Part shown: positions 21,063-30,216 of the stretch, in pieces
How the letters are laid out: each line of letters opens with the position of its first letter
Position numbering within the stretch: position 1 is the stretch's first letter
Assembly: GCA_963751275.1 (NCBI GenBank)
Contig: CAVVTZ010000009.1
Coordinates: 384,001 to 448,000 of the forward strand
Length of the DNA stretch: 64,000 nt
From: an uncultured Gemmatimonadaceae bacterium
Lineage (GTDB): Bacteria; Gemmatimonadota; Gemmatimonadetes; Gemmatimonadales; Gemmatimonadaceae
Reading direction: 5' to 3'
Made by a program: the position numbers and the translations under genes
Notes under the pieces: model-generated
The model's input: only the letters and a program-made list of their open reading frames with translations
What the model was told of the DNA's origin: nothing
Databases searched by the model: none

Positions 21063-24000
21063 GGGGTCGCCTCGCCGGCACCGGCGCGCACGGCATAGTA
21101 TTTCGCGGCCGGGTGGTGCACGATGAGCGCGGCCGTGCTCTGCTCGGGGAGCAGCTGGTGCGCCGTCGTGAGCGACATGCCGAGCGCGCCGGCCGCGGGG
21201 AGCAGGCGGAACACCGTGTCGTGTCCATCCAGCTCCGGACAGGCCGGGTAACCCCACGAGTAGCGCTTCCCCTGTTGCGCGGGAATGCCGAGTTCGCGGC
21301 GGATGCGCTCGTGCATCCATTGCGCGGTCGCCTCGGCGGCTTCCACCGCGATGCCGTGCGCGTAGAACGCCTCGGAATATTCGCCGCGCGCCTGCAGCGC
21401 CTCGAACCGGCGCGACGCGGCATCGCCCACGGTCACCACCTGCACGGCGAGCACGTCGGTCTCCTCCGATTCCACGGAACGGAAATAGTCGGCGAGGCAG
21501 AGGTGTTCGCGCAATGCCTGGCGGGGGAAGGTGAAGCGCGCGATCTCGCGCCGCGATCCACCATCCGCGGCGAAGGCCGCCGGGTCGTACACGATGAGCT
21601 CGTTCCCGCTCGATTGCACCGGGAAGTATCCGTATACCGCCTGCGGCGCGATCCATCCTTCGTTGCGCGCCGACGCGGAGAGCCGCTCGAGGGCCGGCGT
21701 GAATTCCTCGCGCACGGCGCGCGTGTACTCATCGCCCGACCCGCGTCCGCCCCACTGCAGCCGGAACAGTTCGTCCAGGTCGAGCAGCGCGAGCACCTCG
21801 TCGAGCGGGATGTCGCGCACCACGCGCACGCCGAGGAAGGGCGGGGCGGGCACCGCGACATCCGCCGCGACGGCGCTGCGTGCGGTGCTCGTGCTGCCGG
21901 CCGCCGCGTCCTTGCCCGTGGCGGTGTGCAGGAAGACGTCGTCGCGCGCCTCGCGCAGATTGTCGCTCACCGCGCCGGCGCGGCGCGCCGGGTCCACGAG
22001 GCGCTCCATGGTGTCCAGCCCCTCGAACGCGTCCTTGCAATAGAAGACGCCCGGCGCGTAGGCCCGCTCACCCTCCACGAAGAGCGCACGGCGACCGAAG
22101 CGGCGGTTGATCGCCGCGCCGCCGATGAGCACGGGCATCGCGAGCCCGCGCCGGTCGAGCTCCTGCACGCACAGCGGCATCTGTTTCGAGGTGGAAACCA
22201 GCAGCGCCGAGAGTCCCACGGCGTCGGCCTTGTGCTCCACGGCCGCGTCCACGATGCGGTTCACCGGCACCTGCTTGCCGAGATCCACCACGGTGTAGCC
22301 GTTGTTCGAGAGGATCGTGTTGACGAGCGATTTCCCGATGTCGTGCACGTCGCCGTACACGGTGGCGAGGACGATCGTGCCCTTGGTGTAGCCTTCCTTC
22401 CGTTCGAGGAACAGCTCGAGATGCTTGACGGCGCGCTTCATCACCTCGGCGCTCTGCAGCACGAATGGCAGGATCAACTCTCCGGCACCGAACTTGTCGC
22501 CGACTTCCTTCATCGCGGGCAGCAGCACCTCGTTGAGCACGCGCACGGGATCCTTCCTCACACCTGCCGTGTCGAGCGCATCCTCGATCCCTTCCTTGCG
22601 GCGATGCACCACCATCCACGATACGACCGCGTCGGCGCTCAGCCCGGCCAGCGGATCCGCCGCGGCCGTTCCGGCAGGCGAGAGCCGGCCGCCGCCAGCC
22701 TCGTATTTCTGAATGAACCGCGAGAGCGCATCGGGCCGCCGGTTGAACACCAGGTCATCCGCGAGCGCGCGTTCCTCGCCATCCAGCTCGGCGTACGGCC
22801 GCACATGCGCCGGATTCACGATCGCCATGTCCAGCCCCGCCTGCACGCAGTGGTGCAGGAACACCGAGTTGAGCACGGCGCGCGCGTCGGGGGTGAGGCC
22901 GAAGCTCACGTTGCTCACGCCGAGCGATGTGAACACGCCGGGCAGCTCACGCTTGATGAGCGTGATCCCTTCGATCGTCTCCACCGCGCTCGCCACCCAC
23001 TCGGCCTCGCCGGTGGCGAGCGTGAAGGTGAGCGCGTCGAAGATCAGATCGCCGGGCTCGAGACCGAACTCGCCGGTCGCGAGATCGTGGATGCGCCGCG
23101 CGATCTCGAGCTTCCGCTCCCGCGTCTTGGCCATGCCGGTCTCGTCGATCGTGAGCGCGACCACCGCGGCGCCGAACTGCTTCACCACGGGCAGCAGCGC
23201 GTCGATCTTCGCGCGCCCCGCCTCGAGGTTCACGGAATTCACCACCGCGCGCCCGGGCACGTGCTCCAGCGCGCGCGCGATCACCTCGGGCTCGGTGGAA
23301 TCGATCATGAGCGGCGCCTCGACGGTCATCGACAGCAGCTTCACCACGCGCGCCATCTGCTCCGCCTCGTCCGCCCGCTCGGTGAGCGCCACGCACACGT
23401 CCAGCACGTGCGCGCCGGCCTCCACCTGCTCGCGCGCCACGCGCGCGATCCCCTCGTAATCATCGGCGAGCAGCATGCGCTTGACCGCGCGGCTGCCTTG
23501 GGCGTTGACGCGCTCGCCGATGATCAACGGCGCTGGATCTTGATGCAGGGTTATCGCCCGCATGGCGCTCGAGATTCGCGGCGTTCGGGAGTCGGGAGTC
23601 GGGAATCGCGAACCCCGCCGTCGACTCCCGACTCCCGACTCCCGAACATGTCGAACCACGTGCTCCAAGTGCTCCGGCGTGGTGCCACAGCACCCGCCGA
23701 CGATGGCGACACCGAAGTCCCGAACGAACTCGGAGAGCGCCAAGGCCAATGGCTCCGGCTCCAACGGATACACCGCGTCCCCCGAGCCCGTATTAAGCGG
23801 CAACCCCGCGTTCGGGATGCAGCTCACCGGCAGCCGCGCGTGTTCGGCGAGCCACCGGATGGGCTCGCGCATGTGCTCGGGACCCGTGGAGCAATTCAGG
23901 CCGATCACGTCCACGCCGAGCGCTTCGAGCGTCGTCATCGCGCTCGCGATGTCGGTGCCGAGCAGCATGCGGCCGCTCGTGTCGAGCGTCACCTGTGCCT

Positions 24001-24592
24001 GGAGCGCCACGCGGCGCCCCAGTTCGGCGAAGAGGCGCTCGATGCCGGCGATCGCGGCCTTCACCTCCAGGATGTCCTGCGCCGTCTCGAGGAGCAGCAC
24101 ATCCACGCCGCCTTCCACGAGCGCCGCCGCCTGCGCGTGGAACTCGGCGCTCAATTCGCCGAACGAGACCGCGGAGAGCGTGGGGTCGGCGCTCGACGGG
24201 AGCATGCCGGTGGGGCCCATGGAGCCGGCGACGAAGCGCGGGCGGCCATCGTGCGCCGCCGCATCGCACGCCGCGCGCGCGAGGCGTGCGGCCTCGACAT
24301 TGATGTCGCGCGCGCGGGCGGCCAATCCCCACTCGCCCAGCCGGCGCGGCGTGCTCTGGAAGGTGCAGGTCTCCACGACGTCGCATCCTACGGCGAGGAA
24401 CGACTCGTGGATGCCGCGGATCACGTCGGGGCGCGTGAGCACGAGGTGGTCATTGCAGCCGGCGAGCGCGTCACCGCCGAAATCGAGCGCGGTGAGCTGT
24501 GCGCGCTGGATGTTCGTACCCATCGCGCCGTCGTAGACGAGCGTGCCGCGCGCGAGCGCGTCCAGGTACGGTGACGGGAATCGGCGAGCCAT
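21059..24592 (-). CDS. metH: Cobalamin-dependent methionine synthase
   Basis: 1177 aa; DGAMGT, GLNCSTGP, GGCCGTT, IIGERVN (pterin domain), LPFVLQSAE, GDVHDIGK (B12 ligand), RYSWGYPACP. Confidence 0.96.
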   Translation of the reverse strand: MARRFPSPYLDALARGTLVYDGAMGTNIQRAQLTALDFGGDALAGCNDHLVLTRPDVIRGIHESFLAVGCDVVETCTFQSTPRRLGEWGLAARARDINVEAARLARAACDAAAHDGRPRFVAGSMGPTGMLPSSADPTLSAVSFGELSAEFHAQAAALVEGGVDVLLLETAQDILEVKAAIAGIERLFAELGRRVALQAQVTLDTSGRMLLGTDIASAMTTLEALGVDVIGLNCSTGPEHMREPIRWLAEHARLPVSCIPNAGLPLNTGSGDAVYPLEPEPLALALSEFVRDFGVAIVGGCCGTTPEHLEHVVRHVRESGVGSRRRGSRFPTPDSRTPRISSAMRAITLHQDPAPLIIGERVNAQGSRAVKRMLLADDYEGIARVAREQVEAGAHVLDVCVALTERADEAEQMARVVKLLSMTVEAPLMIDSTEPEVIARALEHVPGRAVVNSVNLEAGRAKIDALLPVVKQFGAAVVALTIDETGMAKTRERKLEIARRIHDLATGEFGLEPGDLIFDALTFTLATGEAEWVASAVETIEGITLIKRELPGVFTSLGVSNVSFGLTPDARAVLNSVFLHHCVQAGLDMAIVNPAHVRPYAELDGEERALADDLVFNRRPDALSRFIQKYEAGGGRLSPAGTAAADPLAGLSADAVVSWMVVHRRKEGIEDALDTAGVRKDPVRVLNEVLLPAMKEVGDKFGAGELILPFVLQSAEVMKRAVKHLELFLERKEGYTKGTIVLATVYGDVHDIGKSLVNTILSNNGYTVVDLGKQVPVNRIVDAAVEHKADAVGLSALLVSTSKQMPLCVQELDRRGLAMPVLIGGAAINRRFGRRALFVEGERAYAPGVFYCKDAFEGLDTMERLVDPARRAGAVSDNLREARDDVFLHTATGKDAAAGSTSTARSAVAADVAVPAPPFLGVRVVRDIPLDEVLALLDLDELFRLQWGGRGSGDEYTRAVREEFTPALERLSASARNEGWIAPQAVYGYFPVQSSGNELIVYDPAAFAADGGSRREIARFTFPRQALREHLCLADYFRSVESEETDVLAVQVVTVGDAASRRFEALQARGEYSEAFYAHGIAVEAAEATAQWMHERIRRELGIPAQQGKRYSWGYPACPELDGHDTVFRLLPAAGALGMSLTTAHQLLPEQSTAALIVHHPAAKYYAVRAGAGEATP
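23583..23647. repeat. GGGAGTC-heptamer palindrome inside the metH Hcy/pterin linker
   Basis: 26-nt arms, 25 of 26 complementary; left arm identical to 20107-20132. Confidence 0.88.
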
Positions 24593-24611
24593 CGCGCGAA
24601 CGTGTCCCCCG

Positions 24612-24647
24612 AAAGAAAAAAATGCCCGGTGCGCACAGGCACCCGGC
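24612..24647 (-). terminator. Intrinsic terminator in the metH leader
   Basis: Minus strand gccgggtgc-ctgtgc-gcaccgggc followed by atttttttcttt. Confidence 0.75.
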
Positions 24648-24650
24648 CGG

Positions 24651-24701
24651 CGCTTTAGCTGAATATTTAACGTGGCCGCAAGTTGCCTGAAATCGCCACG
24701 G
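24651..24701 (-). promoter_or_regulatory. SAM-II riboswitch aptamer
   Basis: Minus strand cCGTGGC-GATTT-caggcaac-TTGC-g-GCCACG-tTAAA-tattc-AGCTAAAg: P1 helix plus the GAUUU, UUGC, UAAA and AGCUAAA elements of SAM-II; directly upstream of metH. Confidence 0.85.
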
Positions 24702-24731
24702 AACCGTTGTGCTCCCTCTATAGGACGAATG

Positions 24732-25151
24732 CTATAGCCGCGGCGGCACCTCCGGTAGCCCCGACGGCCGCTGCACGATCTCGCGCCCGGTGACGCGCGC
24801 GCGGTCGGCCAGGCGGAAGATCAGCGCCATCAGCCGGTTCCGCTCGAGGGGCAGCGTGAGATCGGCGAGCACGTAGCGGTGCATCGCGGCCGGCAGCGAG
24901 CTGGGCGCGTCCTCTTCGGCGTGGCAGAGGAGCACCGCGCCGCCGCTCGCGAGGGGAATGCGCAGCGCATCCGGATCCGACTCGGCGCTTCGCCGTTCGA
25001 CCACCACCACCAGCGGGCGGTCGGCGAGTGCGATCTCCACGCCCTGCGCGGCGGTGTGCGCGTGGTGCGTGGTGTGTCCCGCATTGACGAGTGATTGCGC
25101 GAGCCCTTCGAGCATCGCACCGTTCGACCCGATCAGCAGGATAGTTGCCAT
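24732..25151 (-). CDS. Receiver-like (CheY-fold) protein lacking phosphorylation residues
   Basis: Pattern ILLIG...AGH...ADRPLVVVVE...DLTLP resembles a REC domain; GGAG RBS upstream. Confidence 0.6.
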   Translation of the reverse strand: MATILLIGSNGAMLEGLAQSLVNAGHTTHHAHTAAQGVEIALADRPLVVVVERRSAESDPDALRIPLASGGAVLLCHAEEDAPSSLPAAMHRYVLADLTLPLERNRLMALIFRLADRARVTGREIVQRPSGLPEVPPRL

Positions 25152-25160
25152 GTCGCTCCG

Positions 25161-25454
25161 TTAGTCTCCTTCCGCGAGCCGGCGCACCAGCTCCGCGGTC
25201 ACGCCGGACACTTCCACTACTTTCACGCGCGCCGTCGCGCCCGTCACGATCGTCACCGCCCGACGCGGCACATCCAGCCACGCGGCGAGCACCTCCACCA
25301 GCTCCTCGTTCGCCGCGCCATCCACCGGCGCCGCGTTCAATCTCACCTTCAGCGCGCCGGCGTGCATCCCCGCCACCTCGCTGAACGAGCTCCGCGTCTG
25401 CACGCGCACGGTGAACCGCACCGCGCCGCTCCGCTGCTCCACCGCGAGTGTCAC
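25161..25454 (-). CDS. yggU: DUF167 / YggU family protein
   Basis: LKVRLNAAPVDGAANEEL and GATARVK motifs. Confidence 0.88.
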   Translation of the reverse strand: MTLAVEQRSGAVRFTVRVQTRSSFSEVAGMHAGALKVRLNAAPVDGAANEELVEVLAAWLDVPRRAVTIVTGATARVKVVEVSGVTAELVRRLAEGD

Positions 25455-25455
25455 G

Positions 25456-26043
25456 TCACCACGCCCATCGGAGCACGCCCTCGGCGCCCCAGAGGATCAG
25501 GAGCGCGACGAGCGGACTGATGTCGATCATCCCCATGGGCGGCAGCACGCGCCGCAGCGGCCGCAGCATCCATTCCGTGAGGAAGGTGCACCATCGCATC
25601 CAGCGAACGTACGGAGAGATCCGGAGCCACGACGCGATCACGCGCACCACGAGCGCCAGCCGGAGGATCCCGAGCGTCCACGCGACGAGCAGATAATAAA
25701 GCGCGCGCGCGGAATGGGAAGCCGCCATCGCTTCGGCGACGATGTCGCGCGCCGTCTTGAGCAGCAGGAGGAGGAGAATGCCGCCGGCCACCGCGGCCAC
25801 GAGGGCCCACCACGGCGCCGCGGCGGGCATGCCGCCGGCGCGTATGACGCGGCGCTCCACGGGTTCGAGCAGGGGGTCCACCGCACGGCGGAAGAATCGC
25901 GCCGTCGCGCCGAAGGGACTGATCCGCCGCGTCCGCACGAGCCAATCGACGGCGAAGATGAGGAAGAGCACCGCCGCAACCGCGACGAGCGCCCGGCCGA
26001 CCAAAAGGATCAGGAGATCGATTACCTGGATCGGATCGGTCAC
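25456..26043 (-). CDS. yggT: YggT family membrane protein
   Basis: VIASW, LTEWMLRPLRRVLPPMGMIDISPLVA; adjacent to yggU; start uncertain. Confidence 0.88.
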   Translation of the reverse strand: MTDPIQVIDLLILLVGRALVAVAAVLFLIFAVDWLVRTRRISPFGATARFFRRAVDPLLEPVERRVIRAGGMPAAAPWWALVAAVAGGILLLLLLKTARDIVAEAMAASHSARALYYLLVAWTLGILRLALVVRVIASWLRISPYVRWMRWCTFLTEWMLRPLRRVLPPMGMIDISPLVALLILWGAEGVLRWAW

Positions 26044-26093
26044 GACAGGTAAAGTGACCGACCGCATCGTGCTGGGCAAGTGGTGGACGAGGC

Positions 26094-26144
26094 AGTCGTT
26101 CGTCGTACGCGTTTAGAAGTGCTAAACGCGTACGACCAACGACT
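26094..26144. repeat. 23-bp-arm hairpin; one arm recurs at 16982-17005
   Basis: agtcgttcgtcgtacgcgtttag-aagtg-ctaaacgcgtacgaccaacgact. Confidence 0.8.
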
Positions 26145-26168
26145 CCCTTTCGACTGTCTCCCGTTGTT

Positions 26169-27758
26169 TCAGATGGGCCTTTCGTGCGTGAAGAGCATCT
26201 TCACCGACCGCCAGATCCCGCCGAGTCGGTCGCCGAGCCTCCGCCCATGCCAGAAGCGCAGGAACGCATCAAGATCCGCCGCGTACTCGGCGCTGTACCC
26301 GAACCACCAGGGCTGGCGCCATCCCACGATCCGGTCCACGATCACCGTCTTCGTCCGCGTGCATTCGAGCAGTCCCTCGATGCCGTGCGAGCTACCAAAA
26401 CCGCTCTCCTTCACGCCGCCGTGCGGCACCTCCGCGATCCCCGCGGCCACGATGCTGTCGTTCACCACCACGGTGCCGGCCTCGAGGCTGCGCGCGACGC
26501 GCTCCGCGTGCGCGCGATCGCGGCCCCACACGCTCGCCGAGAGGCCGTAGCTGCTCGCGTTCGCGATCCGCACCGCTTCGTCGGCGTCGCGCACGCGCAC
26601 CACCGGCAGCAGTGGTCCGAACGTCTCATCCCGCAGCACCTGCATGTCCGGCGTCACGTTCACGAGCAGCGTGGGCGCCATGAAGTCGCCGCCCGCCGCG
26701 GTGCCTCCCTGCGCCGCGATGGTGGCGCCGCGCGCGAGCGCATCATCGAGCTGGCGCTGCAGCGCCGCCGTCTGCGACGGCCGGATCATCGGTCCGACAT
26801 CCGTGTCCAACGAGGCGCCCGGCCCCACGTGCAGCGCGCGCACGCGCGCGCCGAGCTTCTCGACGAACGCGTCGTAGACGGCGCTCTCCACGAGGATCCG
26901 CTTCGACGCGGTGCAGGTCTGTCCCGCGTTGCTGAAGCGTCCCCAGACGATGCCGCTCGCCGCGCTGTCGAGATCGGCGTCGGCGAGCACGATCGAGGGG
27001 TCGCTGCCGCCCAGCTCGAGCACGCAGGGCGTGAGGCGCATGCCGCACTCCTGCGCCACCTTCCGCCCCGTGGCCGCGCTCCCGACGAAGAAGACCTTGT
27101 CCACGCCCGCCTCGATCACCGCGGCGCCGGTGCTGCCGTCACCGGTGAGCACCTGCACGAGCCCCGGCGGGATCCCCGACGCGTTCAGGATCTCGCCGAG
27201 CAGCACGCCCGTCGTGGGCGAGAATTCCGACGGCTTGAACAGTACGCCGTTGCCGGCGGCCACCGCGGGCAGCAGGAGCCCGGCCGCGAGCATGAACGGA
27301 TAATTCCACGGCGAGATCACGCCCACGACGCCCAGCGGCTCGTGCCGCACCGTAACGCGCTTCCGCCACATCGCGATGTTGAACGGCGTGAAGTGCCGGT
27401 CGGCGAGCACGTGGGGCGCGCGCCGCGCGAAGAAGCGCGCGAGGTCGAGCGTCACCATGATCTCGGTGGTCAGCGCCTCGGCCGCCGGCTTGCCGTTCTC
27501 CCGCATCACGACGCCGGCCACTTCGGCGCGCCGCTCGAAGAGCAGGCGCCGAAAGCGCTCCACCGCCTGCGCGCGGTGACGCAGCGATTCCGCGCCCCAG
27601 ATCGACTGTGCCGCGCGCGCCGCATCCATCGCCGCACGAACGGCGGACGCATCGGCTGTCGCGTAGCTGCGCCACACTTCGCCGGTGGCCGGATCGCGCG
27701 ACTCGGCCTTGCGGGGCGCCGCGGGCGCGGGTGCCGCCGGCGTCAGCGTCGCGCTCAT
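26169..27758 (-). CDS. Aldehyde dehydrogenase family protein
   Basis: ISPWNYP, KPSE, ELGG, NAGQTC, ETFGP and GGVKESG motifs. Confidence 0.93.
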   Translation of the reverse strand: MSATLTPAAPAPAAPRKAESRDPATGEVWRSYATADASAVRAAMDAARAAQSIWGAESLRHRAQAVERFRRLLFERRAEVAGVVMRENGKPAAEALTTEIMVTLDLARFFARRAPHVLADRHFTPFNIAMWRKRVTVRHEPLGVVGVISPWNYPFMLAAGLLLPAVAAGNGVLFKPSEFSPTTGVLLGEILNASGIPPGLVQVLTGDGSTGAAVIEAGVDKVFFVGSAATGRKVAQECGMRLTPCVLELGGSDPSIVLADADLDSAASGIVWGRFSNAGQTCTASKRILVESAVYDAFVEKLGARVRALHVGPGASLDTDVGPMIRPSQTAALQRQLDDALARGATIAAQGGTAAGGDFMAPTLLVNVTPDMQVLRDETFGPLLPVVRVRDADEAVRIANASSYGLSASVWGRDRAHAERVARSLEAGTVVVNDSIVAAGIAEVPHGGVKESGFGSSHGIEGLLECTRTKTVIVDRIVGWRQPWWFGYSAEYAADLDAFLRFWHGRRLGDRLGGIWRSVKMLFTHERPI

Positions 27759-29929
27759 GGCGTCGCGGGCTGCGGTGCGGGTGGCATGGCCGGTTTCATG
27801 CCGAGGTTCGCGACCGTGAACGCGAGCTCATCCGCGGTGACGTCGAGCACCTTGTCCAGCGGCTTGCCCCCGCCGTGGCCGGCCTTGGTCTCCACGCGGA
27901 TCAGCACCGGCGCGGGCCCCGCCTGATCCGCCTGCAACGTCGCTGCGAATTTGAACGAATGCCCCGGAACCACCCGATCGTCGTGATCGCCCGTGGTGAC
28001 CAGCGTCGCCGGGTAGCGCACGCCCGGGCGGATGTTCTGCAGCGGCGAGTACCTGATCAGATAGGCGAACTGCGCGGAGTCGTCGGACGAACCGTACTCG
28101 ACCTTCCATCCCCAGCCCGCCGTGAACTTCTGGTAGCGGAGCATGTCCATCACGCCCACCGCGGGGAGCGCGACGCCGAACAGTTCCGGCCGCTGCGTCA
28201 TCACCGCGCCCACCAGCAGGCCGCCGTTCGAGCCGCCCTGGATCGCGAGCTTCGACGGCTCCGTGTACTTCTCGCCCACGAGATATTCCGCGGCCGCGAT
28301 GAAATCGTCGAACACGTTCTGCTTCTTCTCGAACATCGCGGCCTGGTGCCACGCCTCGCCGAACTCGCTCCCGCCGCGGATGTTCGCCACGGCGTACACG
28401 CCGCCCAGCTCGAGCCACATGATCCGGTTCGGCGAGAACGCCGGCAGCGATGGGATGTTGAACCCGCCGTAACCGTAGAGCAGCGTGGGATTCTGCCCGT
28501 TGAGCAGCAGTCCCTTCTTCGCCGTGATGAACATCGGCACGCGCGTGCCGTCCTTGCTCTTGTAGAAGACCTGGCGCGTCTCGTACTTGGACGGGTCGAA
28601 CGTGAGCTTCGGCTCGAAGAAGACCGACGAGGTCTTCTTGTCGAGCAGGTAGCGGAAGATCGTCGGCGGCTGGAGGTACGACGCGAAGCTGTAGAACAGC
28701 TCCGGCTCGTCGGGCTGGCCCGACAGGCCGCCGATGGTCCCGATCCCCGGCAGCGACAACTCGGCCACGGAGCGGCCATAGACGTTGAACAGCCGCAAGA
28801 TCGAATGCGCGTTGTGCAGGTAGTTGACCACGAAGTGGCCGCCGATCAGCTCGACGCTCTCGATCTTGTCCTCCATCTCCGGTACGAGCACGGTCGGGGT
28901 GAGGCGCTGCCCCTGATCGATGTTGGCGCGCACGATCCGGCCGCGCGGCGCGTTGAGGTCGGTGAGGACGAAGAAATCGTCGCCGGCGTTGTCGATGAAG
29001 CGGTACGTCGCGTCGAACCGGTCGATGATCTTCACCAATGGATTGTGGATGTTGGGGTCGCCCGGGTCATCCAGGTCCATGAAGTAGAGCCGGTTCTTCG
29101 GGCTCGTGCCTTCCGTGATCGTGAGGATCAGGAACTCCCCATCATCGTTCACCTCGCCGCGCACGTACCACTCGGGCTGGTCGGGGCGATCCCAGATCTT
29201 GACGTCCTTCGACTGCGGATCGCCGAGCTTGTGATAGTAGAGCTTCTGTCCCTTGCTCGCGGCGAGCAGCGCGCTGTCGGCGGTGGGCTCGGCGTAGCGC
29301 GAGTAGAAGAATCCGCGGTTGTCCTTCGTCCACGCGATGCTCGTGAATTTCGCCCAACGCACCGTGTCCTTGAGGTCCTTCAGCGACTCGACGTCGCGCA
29401 CGCGGATCTCCTGCCAATCGGATCCGCTCACGTTCACGGCGTAGCCGAGGTAGCGCGCGTTGCGGCTGGGCGCCCAGCTGCTCAGCGCCACCGTGCCGTC
29501 GGCGCTCAGCGTGTTCGGGTCGAGCACGATCTTCTTCTCGCCGTTCGACACGCGCTGCGCGTAGATCACCGGCTGGTTCTGCAGCCCCGTGTTGTAACTG
29601 TAGAAGTACGTCTTCTCGCGGCGGATCGGGATGCCCTCGCGCGCGTAATCCCAGAGCGTCCCGAGGCGTTGGCGGATCATCGGTCGCTCGGGGATCGTCG
29701 CGAGGTACGAGAAGGTCAGCGTGTTCTCGGCGTCGATCCAATCGCGGACTTCGGGGTCGTTCGTATTCTCGAGCCAGCGGTAGGGATCGGCGACGGAGGT
29801 GCCGAAGAAGTCGTCGACCTGGCCGCTCTTGCGCGTCTCGGGGTACTTGAGCGGCGCCTGCCCGGGCAGAGAGATCGCGGCGGCGGCGAGGATCGCGAGG
29901 GAGGGACGGCTGAGCTGGGCGAGTCGCAT
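27755..29929 (-). CDS. Prolyl oligopeptidase (S9A), exported
   Basis: Signal peptide; DPYRWLE, YGYGGF, GGSNGG (catalytic Ser), DHDDRV, AGHG. Confidence 0.95.
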   Translation of the reverse strand: MRLAQLSRPSLAILAAAAISLPGQAPLKYPETRKSGQVDDFFGTSVADPYRWLENTNDPEVRDWIDAENTLTFSYLATIPERPMIRQRLGTLWDYAREGIPIRREKTYFYSYNTGLQNQPVIYAQRVSNGEKKIVLDPNTLSADGTVALSSWAPSRNARYLGYAVNVSGSDWQEIRVRDVESLKDLKDTVRWAKFTSIAWTKDNRGFFYSRYAEPTADSALLAASKGQKLYYHKLGDPQSKDVKIWDRPDQPEWYVRGEVNDDGEFLILTITEGTSPKNRLYFMDLDDPGDPNIHNPLVKIIDRFDATYRFIDNAGDDFFVLTDLNAPRGRIVRANIDQGQRLTPTVLVPEMEDKIESVELIGGHFVVNYLHNAHSILRLFNVYGRSVAELSLPGIGTIGGLSGQPDEPELFYSFASYLQPPTIFRYLLDKKTSSVFFEPKLTFDPSKYETRQVFYKSKDGTRVPMFITAKKGLLLNGQNPTLLYGYGGFNIPSLPAFSPNRIMWLELGGVYAVANIRGGSEFGEAWHQAAMFEKKQNVFDDFIAAAEYLVGEKYTEPSKLAIQGGSNGGLLVGAVMTQRPELFGVALPAVGVMDMLRYQKFTAGWGWKVEYGSSDDSAQFAYLIRYSPLQNIRPGVRYPATLVTTGDHDDRVVPGHSFKFAATLQADQAGPAPVLIRVETKAGHGGGKPLDKVLDVTADELAFTVANLGMKPAMPPAPQPATP

Positions 29930-30013
29930 GGGCACGGTGCGAAAGGGCGGTTCGGGGAGCGGGACGCTCCCCGTCCAGAATCTACACCGCAAAACTTGGA
30001 AAGGCGCGAGGGG

Positions 30014-30135
30014 AACCGCTGACGGCGAGGGTGACACCGCTGAGAGCGCCTGTGGTCGTTGACCTGTGGCAACAGCGATGTAGTTGCTACACGTCAACGA
30101 TCACAGGCGCCGTCAGCGGCGTCACCCTCGCCGTT
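30014..30135. repeat. Palindromic element upstream of the M48 gene (copy A)
   Basis: acggcgagggtgac...gtcaccctcgccgt long hairpin; homologous to 31544-31703. Confidence 0.85.
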
Positions 30136-30216
30136 TGCGTTGCAGGGGCCCTCCGCAATCGCGCCGCGCGCGCGAACATCGAGCACCAGGTCGATCCACC
30201 CTCCCAGGTGCCCATC

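Noticed and set aside
21053..24574. 1173 aa antisense ORF and similar long shadow ORFs (e.g. 27608-30022, 54195-56573)
   Set aside because: They mirror real genes on the opposite strand, are Arg/Ala-rich without motifs, and are expected at this GC content.
24593..24731. Cobalamin or SAM-I riboswitch upstream of metH
   Set aside because: The leader is too short and lacks the B12-box and SAM-I core; the sequence fits SAM-II instead.
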